A DNA stretch of 64,000 nt from Candidatus Woesebacteria bacterium (GCA_021208605.1 JAJOJK010000003.1:9481-73480), one strand, 5' to 3'. Positions 18,446 through 28,786 are shown, counted from the first letter of the stretch. Translations and numbers: made by a program. The notes: generated from the sequence alone by a model not told the origin.

Positions 18446-19031
18446 ATGTCCAAATTCATCTTCATCGGCCTCGGAAATCCTGGTGACCAATACGCCAACA
18501 CACGGCATAACGCTGGTTGGCTCGTGCTCGATGAGCTAATCAAACTGTGGCAAGATCCGGCCATTCCGGCCGCGTGGCGGTATGAGAAAAAAAATTTACG
18601 GCGAGGTACTCAAGCTGACACATGGACAACACGAAATCATGTGCGTCAAACCGGATACCTACATGAATGAGTCCGGTCGAGCTGCTTTGGCGGCCGTCAA
18701 ATGGTTTTTCGACATTGACCCAACGACTCGTGACCAAACACCGCTGCGCAATGTTGTTGTCCTGCACGACGATCTCGATATCGTCACAGGAGAATACAAA
18801 CTCAAATTTGCTTCTGGGCCACGAGTGCACAACGGTTACAACAGCGTGACGGAAGTGTTACATACCAATCAGTTTTGGTCGGCGCGCATTGGCATAGACT
18901 CCCGCGAGGGAGATCGTTCCATGCCTGGCAAGGCGTATGTCCTGCAAAAAATGCAACCAGAAGAACGCCAGAAATTACGCCAAACCGCCAAAATACTGGC
19001 TGAAGAACTCCCCTACGTCGTGCTACAGTAA
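18446..19031 (+). CDS. pth: peptidyl-tRNA hydrolase, frameshifted at an A8 tract
   Basis: N-terminal [25 protein letters not shown] (track ORF 18446..18670) continues in the +1 frame (ORF 18582..19031: IYGEVLKL...PDTYMNESG...). The frames join at AAAAAAAA 18587-18594. A7 would give a continuous Pth. Confidence 0.75.
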
Positions 19032-19036
19032 AAAGC

Positions 19037-20276
19037 ATGTCTTGGCGCAGTAGCTTTCACGAATTTTCTCGGCATCACGCCCTGCCACAGGAGCTGCGGC
19101 ATTTTTTCTTTGGTATTTTTTTCTACCGTTTAGGTGCCGGTTTGATTTCTTTGACCGGCCCACTGTTCCTTTTTACGATCGGCCAAAACTTTCCCTGGCT
19201 GCAAAATGTGCCTTTGAACACAGTGTCAAAAGGTCTTTTTTTTGTGTTTGCGTCCTATCTTTTGGAACGGTTGTGGATTCTCCTGCTCACCCAACCGATT
19301 GCACGCTGGATTCCCCGCATCGGATTCCATACCAGTATGGTGTTAGGACTCTTATTTTTATCCGCCCGCACTGCGCTGTTTGACTTCTTTTTGCGCGTCC
19401 CGAGTTTATGGCCGTTAGCAATGCTCTTGGCGGCCCTTGGTGTGCAGTTCTTCTGGATTGGATACCACACTTACTTCACTCTGGAAGCAAAAAGTTCGAA
19501 AATTGGCAGTGAAGTGGGCGGCATTGAGTTTATGTCTCGTTTGGCTCAGGTGTTGACCCCACTTCTTGGAGCACTTATTGCCGGCACATTTGGATTCGCC
19601 GTTTCCTTGTGGACCGGTATCGTGCTCTATGGAGTTGCCATTGCTTTCTTACTGCACTTACCGAAACTACAGTCCAAATATTCTTGGCAGTGGAGTGATT
19701 TCTGGCAGTGGCTCACTGACCGTGACCTGCGTCGAACCACCTTGGCCTTAGCTGCGTACACTTGGGAAGAACTTGGCGTCATCGTCTTTTGGCCCATATT
19801 TTTGTTTATTACTTTCGGCAACGTGGAGTCAGTGGGGTATATTTTGTCGACCGCTTCTTTTCTGTCTTTACTGTTTATTTACTTGTCCGGTTGGGTTTTC
19901 GATCACAAGAAAAAAACGTATCGGCAGCATTCAAAAAATGAGCGGTATTCTCCTCAGCTTTTTGTGGATTCCGCGACTCATTTTTGCTGGTTCGCCAGTA
20001 GTGTTGGTGCTAAACGACGCCATTGATCGACTCACACACAGCGTCTATTCAACACTGTTTTATGCGTCCATGCTCTTTTGCGCGCGGGGCAAACATGTCT
20101 ATCGATTTTTTGTAAATCGCCAAGTCGCGATCAGTCTCTTGTGGAGCGTTTTATTGTTGCTGAGCATGGCACTCCTCTTCCTGCACTGGAACTGGATACT
20201 CCTCTTTGCCAGTTTCTTTGGAGCCGGTATGATGAGCTTACTCTTCACCAAAGAAGTCAAAAAACTCAAACTGTAG
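19037..20276 (+). CDS. MFS-type transporter, frameshifted at a poly-A tract
   Basis: Multi-TM protein split between track ORFs 19037..20026 and 19773..20276 (+1). Frames can be joined at A7 (19910-19916) or A6 (19933-19938). Confidence 0.6.
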
Positions 20277-20283
20277 TATCCAT

Positions 20284-20628
20284 ATGAGTGATTCATCATC
20301 GCTGCAACAATTGTTGCAAAACTACTCAGTCAAAAATCAAGATGATCCGAAATACATTGCCCACGAATTTCAGGACTTTGGGTACCGCATGGCCATGGAA
20401 CTCACCAATCCCAACGATCGCGAAACCATCAGTATGTGCATGGGCTTGGCCAAAAGAAAACCGCGCGCGCTTCTTGAACAAGCACTCAGCTACATCAAAG
20501 ACGCCAAAGCCAAAAACAAAGTCGCGCTTTTTCTGTGGAAAATAAAGGAACTGGAAAAAGAGAAACAGGAAAAGTCAGCAGAAAAGAAGAAAAAAGAACC
20601 ACAACAGACAGCTCTTCCCTGGGAATAG
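20284..20628 (+). CDS. hypothetical protein (114 aa), Lys/Glu-rich C-terminus
   Basis: Open frame with no recognisable motif. Confidence 0.4.
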   Translation: MSDSSSLQQLLQNYSVKNQDDPKYIAHEFQDFGYRMAMELTNPNDRETISMCMGLAKRKPRALLEQALSYIKDAKAKNKVALFLWKIKELEKEKQEKSAEKKKKEPQQTALPWE

Positions 20629-20635
20629 TGCTCTC

Positions 20636-21316
20636 ATGGCCGCAACCGGAGGCGATACGGTTATTGTTTGGGTTGTATCCCCAAGAAAAATACTCTACTC
20701 TACGTATACTGTGCAAACACTTCGTACTCTTTTTATTTCTCTTGCAGTTTTCGCCTTAGCAGCCATGGCTCTGCCATCGATTGCGTGGGCTGACACGTAC
20801 AGTGTCAGCATTACCAATACGCAGTTTATTCCTTCCACGCTCAATGTTTCTGTAGGAGATACGATTCGCTTTATCAACACGACTGCCGCCACGCAAAGCG
20901 CAAAAACCACGGATACTGACGGATTTAATACAGGTAATATTGGTCCTGGAGAAAACAAATCAGTTGTCGTTGCCAACGCTGGCACCTACAGCTACACTTC
21001 GCAGTACACTCCTTCTTTAAGTGGAACCGTTGTCGTTGCCGCAAGCACAACTTCTACCGCCACAACAAGCACGACAACCACCAGCACCAGCTCCGCAACC
21101 AAAGGGCAACCTGCACAAACACAACAACAACCTGTATCTGGAACCTTTGAAGTCTTCATGGCTATCTTGATTGCCGGCGCTGGCTTTATTGGTCTCGGAT
21201 TTGCTTCCCGTCGCTATCAGGCTGGAGTGGAAGCCGGACACTCCACCGTTGACCTTCCTTCCATTTCTGTTCGTAGTAACAGCGATGATGCGCACGCATC
21301 TGAGCACCATGAATAA
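20636..21316 (+). CDS. secreted beta-sandwich (cupredoxin-like fold, no Cu ligands) protein with Ser/Thr-rich linker and C-terminal TM anchor
   Basis: Signal peptide LFISLAVFALAAMALPSIAWA, S/T linker, C-terminal TM FMAILIAGAGFIGLGFA followed by a basic tail. The start codon is uncertain. Confidence 0.5.
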   Translation: MAATGGDTVIVWVVSPRKILYSTYTVQTLRTLFISLAVFALAAMALPSIAWADTYSVSITNTQFIPSTLNVSVGDTIRFINTTAATQSAKTTDTDGFNTGNIGPGENKSVVVANAGTYSYTSQYTPSLSGTVVVAASTTSTATTSTTTTSTSSATKGQPAQTQQQPVSGTFEVFMAILIAGAGFIGLGFASRRYQAGVEAGHSTVDLPSISVRSNSDDAHASEHHE

Positions 21317-21878
21317 TCCTTCTGAAGCTCCTTCTTCCTCCTCGTCTTCGGCGTTTGATTCGATCCGCCAAATTGTTCGCGCTCAAAGGCGCATGTTTAC
21401 GTATCTGCTGATTGCTGGTCTGGCATTGGGAATCGGACGCTATATCTTGCCGTTTCCAGGAGTGACAGCCGGTGCGTGGGTCCAGTTCGCGGTATCACTC
21501 GTCATGTTTGTGATAGGTGTGCTCATTGCTCCCTTTACGTTTCTCATGGAATCCCGCTGGAAGCCGTTTTTGGTGAATCGGTTTTCGCTCCAGTTGCCAG
21601 GACAATCTTCACCACTCAGAACTGGTATTTTATTTGTGGTCTTGCCCATTTTAGGCGTATTTGTGATTACTTCGAGCCGCGCACCAATCGGCCTCGGATT
21701 TTTGTGGGGTATTTCGCTGTGGTATGCCATGGAAGCATGGTGGATGCTGCAAGGAAATCAGACCCTATGGCAGGCATATTTCCGGACCCAAGAGATGGGT
21801 GACTCCCAGACAACCACGCTGCTGTGGGGATTCTGTTTGTACGCGGTTCTGCTGAGCTTAGGTATACTAGTCATATAA
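21309..21878 (+). CDS. hypothetical polytopic membrane protein
   Basis: The start MNNPSEAP overlaps the upstream stop (ATGAATAA). Several predicted TM helices. Confidence 0.45.
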   Translation: MNNPSEAPSSSSSSAFDSIRQIVRAQRRMFTYLLIAGLALGIGRYILPFPGVTAGAWVQFAVSLVMFVIGVLIAPFTFLMESRWKPFLVNRFSLQLPGQSSPLRTGILFVVLPILGVFVITSSRAPIGLGFLWGISLWYAMEAWWMLQGNQTLWQAYFRTQEMGDSQTTTLLWGFCLYAVLLSLGILVI

Positions 21879-23743
21879 TGGACATCTTCACTGGCATTGG
21901 TTTTTCTTGGTATGGATTTTTGATTGGACTTGGGTTTACCATCGCGGCCTGGATCGTGGAAACCATACTCAAAAAAGAATACCCCCAGCACCCAATTGCT
22001 GACTGGAAATGGATCGTCGGCGCTGCCCTCATCGCTATACCCGGAATTATTGGCGCCCGCGCCTATCACTTAGCCACAGATTGGTATCTGTACGCCGGCG
22101 AACCTGTTTGGCGCGCTCTGGCAACTTGGAATGGTGGTCTGGGGATTTATGGCGGCATTGTCGGTGGCGCGATTGGCGTAATCGTGTGGAAACATTTTTT
22201 TGTGAAACAAGTGAGTTGGTGGAAATTACTCGATGCTATTGCCATTGCCTTACCTGTTGGCCAGGCAATTGGCCGTATTGGCAACTTTTTGAATCAAGAA
22301 CTGTTCGGCTTGCCAACCACACTGCCTTGGGGAATATTTATTGAACCTGCCTTCCGTCCGGATGCGTTTGCAAGCAGCACACATTTCCACCCCCTGTTTT
22401 TCTATGAAGCTTTGCCGAATGCCATATTGGGACTTGGCTTGTTTGCGCTGTGGCGTTGGCAACGCACACAAAAAGACATACCTTTCTTGGGCTTGGGAAC
22501 AGGCTTGTATGTCGGCATGTACGCCATTTGGTATGGCATTGTGCGATTTTCGCTCGACTTTTTACGCTGGGACCTGGCACAAACCTGGGGAACACTGACA
22601 GTGAGCCAGTGGTTTTCGCTGCTGCTGATTGCCGTTGGCCTCGGGGCATTTTTGCACTTTTCGCGGGTGGCGAATGGGGAGGGACACGATGAGAAAACCA
22701 CCACCTCCACCACCCACAAACTAGCACATAAAAAGAACAAAAAACGCACATATTTGTCCTTACTCGTCATAGCCGGAACGCTCTTGCTGTCTCCTCCTCT
22801 CGCCCAAGCCCAGACACAAACAGAGTTTGACGTCACCATCCAGCCATCAGTCATGGAACTCAGCATTCAACCGGGCAAACGCATCACGCAAGCCTTTGAA
22901 ATTGCCAACGGCGGCACGCGAGATTTAGAAGTTACGCTGTCTCTGCGCGACTTTACCAGTGATAATCTCTCGGGTACACCTGTACTTCTTGAAACCAATA
23001 CCTTTCCCTATGCCGAGCTACAAAACGCTGACATCCGCTTCAACGAACCGTTCCTCTTGCCAGCCGACAGCAGTCAACAAATCGTGGCCGCTTTCGATAT
23101 TCCCATCACAGCCGAAACTCGCGACTGGTACTTCATGCTCCTGGCCGAAACTCGCTCGGTGGCTGATCCAAACTTGATTGGCTCCCGCGCCGAAACCACC
23201 GGTACAATCGGCACAAATGTCCTGATCCGTATCACGCCGACCGAGTATTTACCAACCGACTGGAGTGTCGAACTCCACGGGGTCCCCAAAATTTTGGATA
23301 GCTTGCAAAGCGTAACCTTCCGTCCTTTGGTCACGAACGACAGTACCTCGCTGGCCGTGCCAGACGTATCAGTACTGGTGCTCGATTGGCGCGGCAACAT
23401 TGTCTACGAAGAAACGGGCCTGCCAGACCGAGTTCTCGCCAAAAGTACACGAGAAATCACTGCCGGACAACAGCGCACCGATGACCCGCGCTCCTACGAG
23501 CCCGTGCCGTTCCGCTTTGATCCGCTGTTTGCCATTGGACCGTATACCGTCCGCGTAACGCTGCGCAATAACGAAGGTGGACCGGTTGTTGTCGAACGTG
23601 GATTTCTTGCTGTGCCGATTTCATTGATCGCGGTGATTATTCTTACGGGAGGTCTTCTCTGGGGAGTGCGCTCGTACCTACGGAGCAAATCACACACACA
23701 TTCCGCCGCAAACTCGACAGAATCAGCATCGAATCGCGAGTAG
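21878..23743 (+). CDS. lgt: prolipoprotein diacylglyceryl transferase fused to ~350-aa C-terminal extracytoplasmic domain
   Basis: Lgt signature AIGRIGNFLNQELFG within the N-terminal 7-TM region. The start overlaps the upstream stop (TAATG). The C-terminal extension carries a His/Lys-rich linker, a predicted beta-rich domain and a final TM helix. Confidence 0.8.
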   Translation: MDIFTGIGFSWYGFLIGLGFTIAAWIVETILKKEYPQHPIADWKWIVGAALIAIPGIIGARAYHLATDWYLYAGEPVWRALATWNGGLGIYGGIVGGAIGVIVWKHFFVKQVSWWKLLDAIAIALPVGQAIGRIGNFLNQELFGLPTTLPWGIFIEPAFRPDAFASSTHFHPLFFYEALPNAILGLGLFALWRWQRTQKDIPFLGLGTGLYVGMYAIWYGIVRFSLDFLRWDLAQTWGTLTVSQWFSLLLIAVGLGAFLHFSRVANGEGHDEKTTTSTTHKLAHKKNKKRTYLSLLVIAGTLLLSPPLAQAQTQTEFDVTIQPSVMELSIQPGKRITQAFEIANGGTRDLEVTLSLRDFTSDNLSGTPVLLETNTFPYAELQNADIRFNEPFLLPADSSQQIVAAFDIPITAETRDWYFMLLAETRSVADPNLIGSRAETTGTIGTNVLIRITPTEYLPTDWSVELHGVPKILDSLQSVTFRPLVTNDSTSLAVPDVSVLVLDWRGNIVYEETGLPDRVLAKSTREITAGQQRTDDPRSYEPVPFRFDPLFAIGPYTVRVTLRNNEGGPVVVERGFLAVPISLIAVIILTGGLLWGVRSYLRSKSHTHSAANSTESASNRE

Positions 23744-23745
23744 AT

Positions 23746-24405
23746 TTACGCAAAGTGCGAAAAATCGGACAGAGTTTCCATGCGTTGCTGCAGAGCTGGT
23801 TCAGATAATTCCGGCAGTGAGAGCGCGTATCGATCATTGAACTGCTGTTCCATGTCTAGTAAGGCTTGCTCGACTGCTTTCATTTCGGCTACTTTTTCTG
23901 GCGTAAAACGTGTTTGGTAGCGCTCGAGAATGTCGGCGATGCGTTCAGAAATTGTGGTGAAACCATGCGGAGTCACGCGGGCGTCGCAGTAGAGGCAGAT
24001 TTTGAGATTCCAATTCTCGCCGTTGGCAGAGTTCAGCAGTTGCGAGTTGCCCATATTCTTGAGGAGGTCCAGTACCATTGAGCTCGCACCAATTTCTTGG
24101 GCCATGGCGAGCGTAGCGCCGTGAACTGCTGGTCCGTACGCGGAACGAATCTGACGCTGGACGTCTTTCCAGTGCTCCATGTCGCGTTCATCGGGATCAA
24201 AAAGGTGCTCGGCTTGTTTCCAGTCAAACTTGAGAATGTTGCCGAGGTCGTGCAGGAGGAGGGTGGCGACAATAGCGTCGTGATTGAGTTCCTCGGGAAA
24301 TTCAGCGCCGCGGACAATGGCGTCACCGACCGCTGCCACTCGGTACATGTGTCGGCGGAGATTGCGGGGGATTTGGAAACGATCGTAGATTTCGGCGGTG
24401 GTCAT
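23746..24405 (-). CDS. HD-domain phosphohydrolase
   Basis: LLHDLGNI HD motif. Confidence 0.7.
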   Translation of the reverse strand: MTTAEIYDRFQIPRNLRRHMYRVAAVGDAIVRGAEFPEELNHDAIVATLLLHDLGNILKFDWKQAEHLFDPDERDMEHWKDVQRQIRSAYGPAVHGATLAMAQEIGASSMVLDLLKNMGNSQLLNSANGENWNLKICLYCDARVTPHGFTTISERIADILERYQTRFTPEKVAEMKAVEQALLDMEQQFNDRYALSLPELSEPALQQRMETLSDFSHFA

Positions 24406-24533
24406 ACAGGTACGATATCACTTTTCGACCCCAGCACAAGAATACCACCCAAATCTTACAACATTCTTACACTTTTCTACTGACCATCTTACACCTCTTC
24501 CTGATACTAGAGTCAGAAACAACAAAGGAACCT

Positions 24534-24881
24534 ATGGCTACACGCACTACCGACTGTCCCAACCAACCCGTCGACAACCAGGACAAACCCTACTTGGTCA
24601 TGCACCAATTTTTAGACTTCGGATTGTTCTTGATTGAAGGTTTTTTACTACTCAGCTTCTTACTCAAAATGGCTGGCGCGAATCGGGCCACCGGATTTGT
24701 CCAGTTTGTTTTAGGCATCAGTGACGTCTTGATGGCGCCATTTCAGTTTATTTTTCCGGTCGCGCAAACGGGGCAATATGTCTTTGACTGGTCGATTTTA
24801 GTGGCGATGCTGGTCTACGCACTCATCGTCATTGCTCTTCGTCAGGCGATTGCGATGGTGTATACGGCTGATCGGGCGTAG
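24534..24881 (+). CDS. YggT family membrane protein
   Basis: Two TM segments with YggT-like spacing. 115 aa. Confidence 0.5.
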   Translation: MATRTTDCPNQPVDNQDKPYLVMHQFLDFGLFLIEGFLLLSFLLKMAGANRATGFVQFVLGISDVLMAPFQFIFPVAQTGQYVFDWSILVAMLVYALIVIALRQAIAMVYTADRA

Positions 24882-25104
24882 AAACAAAATTAGCGCAAAA
24901 ATTTTTTGGTTTACCAGTAATCTGGAAACCCCGGCTGTTGCATATTACGGTAACGTGAGGTGGTTTCTCAATAACTGTACAAAAAGGAGGTACGTTTCCA
25001 TCTTCACACATGGCGTACTGATTGGTTATTGTGTTCAGACAAAAAACATATTTTTTTTCGCCGTCAGCAACAATATATTTTTCTACTTCTCTAGGTTTTT
25101 TCAT
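24829..25104 (-). CDS. hypothetical Cys-containing small protein
   Basis: Track ORF. Overlaps the 3' end of the convergent YggT-like gene by ~50 nt, so its extent is uncertain. Confidence 0.3.
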   Translation of the reverse strand: MKKPREVEKYIVADGEKKYVFCLNTITNQYAMCEDGNVPPFCTVIEKPPHVTVICNSRGFQITGKPKNFCANFVSTPDQPYTPSQSPDEEQ

Positions 25105-25137
25105 TTGTTTCTCCTGCCTTTTGGAGTGTGGAGTATA

Positions 25138-25638
25138 TCAGAAAAGATCGGAAATTTCAGCGATTAAGGAGAAAGGCACGTGATTTTTCCACTCTTCTCG
25201 CCCATTTCGCATCAACTCACGAATCACCATACCTTGCCATTCTTCGCGATTGGCCAGTGGAATGGTTTTCGCTTGGTATCCCGCTGCTTCAAGCACAGAG
25301 TTTGTCCACTCGTTATTGCCGACCACCACATCGAAATCGCCGACTGCAGCAATGAGCTTGTCAACCCATTCTTGGTCACTCGGGAAATCATATGACGGCA
25401 CGATCTTGAGTACTTTCTCTGAAAGACCTTCAGTGGCAATCACTTTTTCCAAAATCTGCTGGCGAACCGCAAAAGACAGGGGGTTATCGATTGTGCCTGA
25501 CTCGCCCGCAGAACCAATCGCCAAGACCACATGATCAGCCATCGCCGCCACTTCGCGGAGTAAGTACAAGTGGCCTTTGTGAAACGGCTGAAACCGTCCG
25601 ACGATGAGGGCAGTCCGATATTTTTTCTCTTCAGTCAT
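25138..25638 (-). CDS. nadM: nicotinamide-nucleotide adenylyltransferase (archaeal/NadM type cytidylyltransferase fold)
   Basis: LIVGRFQPFHKGHLYLL (HxGH motif) and ISDLF at the C-terminus. Confidence 0.8.
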   Translation of the reverse strand: MTEEKKYRTALIVGRFQPFHKGHLYLLREVAAMADHVVLAIGSAGESGTIDNPLSFAVRQQILEKVIATEGLSEKVLKIVPSYDFPSDQEWVDKLIAAVGDFDVVVGNNEWTNSVLEAAGYQAKTIPLANREEWQGMVIRELMRNGREEWKNHVPFSLIAEISDLF

Positions 25639-25659
25639 AACAGCAGTGTAGCAAAAAAA

Positions 25660-25944
25660 TCACTTTTCAAAAGGGAATTCTTCGTTCAACTGCTTCTGAA
25701 TCACTTGTTCATCTTGCCAAATTTGAACTTCATTGGCCGGTACTTGCCAGCGCCATCCATCAGCCAGAAAGATTTCTACTGACTTACCAAGTAAAAGATA
25801 CCAAATTGAGTTCTCAGGCACGTCGTACTTTTCAGCAAAACTCTTGACTGACTCACGTGTATATACTGTTTGACTGAGTTCCCGTAGCTCTCGAGAAAAA
25901 AGGAAAACTTCTGCTTGTCTCATAATGACAAATAGTATAATCAC
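25660..25944 (-). CDS. hypothetical small protein
   Basis: Track ORF. The start codon is uncertain. Confidence 0.35.
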   Translation of the reverse strand: MIILFVIMRQAEVFLFSRELRELSQTVYTRESVKSFAEKYDVPENSIWYLLLGKSVEIFLADGWRWQVPANEVQIWQDEQVIQKQLNEEFPFEK

Positions 25945-26003
25945 AATCTTTAAATAGTCTAGTTACGCTTGCCCTCAAGCCATAACCGTACTACGCTACC
26001 AAC

Positions 26004-26528
26004 ATGATTACTTTTGTCACCGGAAACGCCGGTAAATATGCCGAAGCAAAAAAGCATATTCCCGAACTCCACCAGCTCGATATCGACTTAGAAGAAATTC
26101 AGAGCTTAAAGCCTGAAGATGTGGTAAAACACAAGCTGCTCCAAGCGGCCCAACACTGCGAAGGCATGATCGTGGTTGACGACACGTCGCTCTCATTTGA
26201 CGCCCTTGGGGGACTGCCCGGACCATTCATCAAATGGTTTCTGAAATCTCTAGGAACCGAGCGAGTAGCCCACCTCGCCGCAGAAAATCCCCGTGCCACC
26301 GCCACTTGCACATTAGGACTCTTCCAAGAAAACGGCGAAATCAAGTATTTCACAGTTTCTGTGCCAGGCACAATTGTCGCCCCTCGCGGCGAAAGCGGTT
26401 TTGGCTGGGATCCTATTTTTGTCCCGGAAGGATCTGAAAAGACGTTTGCCGAGATGACCGAAGCAGAAAAAGACCGTTATAAGATGCGGCCAAAGGCATT
26501 TCGGCAACTTCAGGCGTACCTAGAGTAA
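26004..26528 (+). CDS. rdgB: non-canonical purine NTP pyrophosphatase (Ham1/RdgB family)
   Basis: MITFVTGNAGKYAEAKK...DDTSL...FGWDPIF matches family signatures. Confidence 0.85.
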   Translation: MITFVTGNAGKYAEAKKHIPELHQLDIDLEEIQSLKPEDVVKHKLLQAAQHCEGMIVVDDTSLSFDALGGLPGPFIKWFLKSLGTERVAHLAAENPRATATCTLGLFQENGEIKYFTVSVPGTIVAPRGESGFGWDPIFVPEGSEKTFAEMTEAEKDRYKMRPKAFRQLQAYLE

Positions 26529-26608
26529 TTGGGATCGATCTTTTATTACCAGGTCAATATTGTTCAAAACTTCGGTAAAGAGCTCTTCTCTGGTATATAT
26601 CTCCTTTT

Positions 26609-27118
26609 TTACACCACCGTGTCCTGCTGCGGCACATCTTCGCGATTACTCCAAAACTCTTGCCAGCGGTGCGGCAACATCTCGCGCAGTGTGAGTGTTT
26701 CTCCAGCACCTAAAAAAATTTGAGCGTCAATATTAGCGCGGTCAATTTGGAACAGGAGTTCGCGACATCGCCCGCAAGGTGGGATTATCTCTCCTTGGTC
26801 GTTCATGCCCACCACGTGCGACACCCGCGTTTCACCAGCTTGAATCATCTGCGCTAAAGCGGAAACCTCTGCACAAAAACCCAGATCACAGGAAGTGCTC
26901 ATATTGATACCGGTGTAGATATTTCCTTGCGATGTCTGCACCGCACAGGCCACCTTGGCTACAGAGACATCGGTGGTCAACTCGCGTCGTCCCAGAAGTG
27001 GCTGAATATGTGTGCGCAGTGTGTGAAAAAGTGCTGATTCGGACATAGTCACATAATACACGAGGTCAGATGGTAAAAAAATGGCCCTCTCTGAGGACCA
27101 CTTTTTGCGATATTTCAC
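26609..27118 (-). CDS. cdd: cytidine deaminase
   Basis: CAE and PCGRCRE zinc-binding motifs. The start may be internal (MSESALF, ~27046). Confidence 0.75.
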   Translation of the reverse strand: MKYRKKWSSERAIFLPSDLVYYVTMSESALFHTLRTHIQPLLGRRELTTDVSVAKVACAVQTSQGNIYTGINMSTSCDLGFCAEVSALAQMIQAGETRVSHVVGMNDQGEIIPPCGRCRELLFQIDRANIDAQIFLGAGETLTLREMLPHRWQEFWSNREDVPQQDTVV

Positions 27119-27131
27119 TGCAGCAATGAGT

Positions 27132-27569
27132 TTAGTACACCACGACCTGCGCGCGATCTGTCACAGGAGCGTAGTCTTTCACTTCGTGCCACATGCCTTC
27201 GGGGTCACGATAGGAAATGCGGACGTTGTGTTCCCCCTCTTGGTAGTACATACCAGGAATGGAAAACTGAAAGCTTTCACCTTGGCTTAAACCAACTTCA
27301 GGAACACACCCTAAATGTCGTCCTGTCGTTACATCGCGGGCGCACAGTGGTGTGGTAATGTGCCGAGAGCTCATATTCTGCACCGTAGCTTGAATACGTG
27401 ATGTTCCGCCAGGTTGGACGTAATCGGTCATACTCATTGGTCCACTGGTATAGAAAATCTCAGTCGCTTGATTTGCTTGAACGGGCGCGACAGCACCCAC
27501 AAACATCACACTCACGAAAGTCAACACTGTGAGGAGCGTGGCACTGCGAATTTTTTCTGCAAAGTTCAT
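27132..27569 (-). CDS. hypothetical secreted protein
   Basis: Signal peptide MNFAEKIRSATLLTVLTFVSVMFVGAVAPVQA. Confidence 0.5.
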   Translation of the reverse strand: MNFAEKIRSATLLTVLTFVSVMFVGAVAPVQANQATEIFYTSGPMSMTDYVQPGGTSRIQATVQNMSSRHITTPLCARDVTTGRHLGCVPEVGLSQGESFQFSIPGMYYQEGEHNVRISYRDPEGMWHEVKDYAPVTDRAQVVVY

Positions 27570-27697
27570 ACGGGCCTCCTTTCAAGTTGCCTGTGTTTTC
27601 TATGCTTACTATGGCAAAAAAACATTACAAGCCTATAAAAGGGGTGTGAGGGTTGAGTAAGAAACGGAGCATTCTGAGTTTCCACTCCTAAGAAAAC

Positions 27698-28786
27698 CTA
27701 TGAACTCGATGTCAGCTCAGAAATCCGTGCGCGCACACCGGCCTCCAAATCCTGCCAATTGCAGGTGTAATTACCAGTTTGCGCATCTTTCGGAACAGAA
27801 TACACCGTTTTCTCTTTTCCATACTGAGACGAGTACTCAAAAATCAAAGTTTCTTCTGATTCCCGGACTAAGAGACTGCCTCCTGGTATTTCTTGAACCG
27901 GGAGATCGCTCCAAATATGCATCATCTCAAGCTGAGCCTTCACTTCCTGCGCCGTTTTTCCAACTATCGTTGGCCCATTTTTGCGCTCTTTTCCGAGGCG
28001 GATTAAGCGTCCCAACAGTTCTTGCGTATCCAAGGCATACGTCGCTCGCTCGGGATCAGTTCCAGAACCATACTCGGCCTTTACCGTCATGAACGCAGGG
28101 CTTTCTGCTCCCACAGCTTCCCGGACACGTACCGATAACGTACACTGCTCGCCAGTATTCGTGGACTCAGAGCGACCTGTTAAGATAAGTCGTTGCATAA
28201 TGTCTGGTGAAAATGTCTTTGACAACATGGTACGCAATTCTGAGAGTGTTCCCAGAAAAGTGGTCGAGGCATCAAGTTGATCAACTTTTTCTCGAGCTAT
28301 TTCTTGGAGATCAGTGGCCGAAATATTTTCAACGGAAAGAGCTGCGATGATTTCTTGCTGCGTTATAACGGTTTTTTGTTGCTCTTGACTGACTTCTTGC
28401 GTGAGCCTGTTGCCCTGTTCGTACTGAGACCAACCAGGCCGTGCCACAAGAATTCGACTCACTTGTCCAGTGCGCTGTGAACGTAGACTAATGGAGTATT
28501 GTTGCCCGTAGACATCTTGTCCGCTCGGCGTGCTGGAGCTGGTTTCCGCAGCTTGCACCGTTAATTCACCGGCATCTAAGCCTGTTGTCTCTTGCAGCCA
28601 GGACAAAAGCTCATCGGCGTCAGAAATCTCTAAAGTCTCGGCAGAAAAGTGGTCTTGTTCGAGAGGATCAAAGGTTTCTTCCAGTGTCCGTTGGAGTAAA
28701 TCGGCCACTCCTTTTTGCTGATCTTCTGTTTCTTGTTGATGCAGTAATTCTGCTACAGTTTGCGCAGATAATTCTTGTGCGGTCAT
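27698..28786 (-). CDS. hypothetical acidic cytoplasmic protein (362 aa)
   Basis: Long open frame with coding-like composition and no recognisable motif. Confidence 0.45.
   Translation of the reverse strand: MTAQELSAQTVAELLHQQETEDQQKGVADLLQRTLEETFDPLEQDHFSAETLEISDADELLSWLQETTGLDAGELTVQAAETSSSTPSGQDVYGQQYSISLRSQRTGQVSRILVARPGWSQYEQGNRLTQEVSQEQQKTVITQQEIIAALSVENISATDLQEIAREKVDQLDASTTFLGTLSELRTMLSKTFSPDIMQRLILTGRSESTNTGEQCTLSVRVREAVGAESPAFMTVKAEYGSGTDPERATYALDTQELLGRLIRLGKERKNGPTIVGKTAQEVKAQLEMMHIWSDLPVQEIPGGSLLVRESEETLIFEYSSQYGKEKTVYSVPKDAQTGNYTCNWQDLEAGVRARISELTSSS

Noticed and set aside
27625-27650. Possible additional REP-B copy (GCCTATAAAAGGGGTGTGAGGG)
   Set aside because: It is too degenerate. 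It lacks the TAGGCC palindrome and a complementary CCCC arm.
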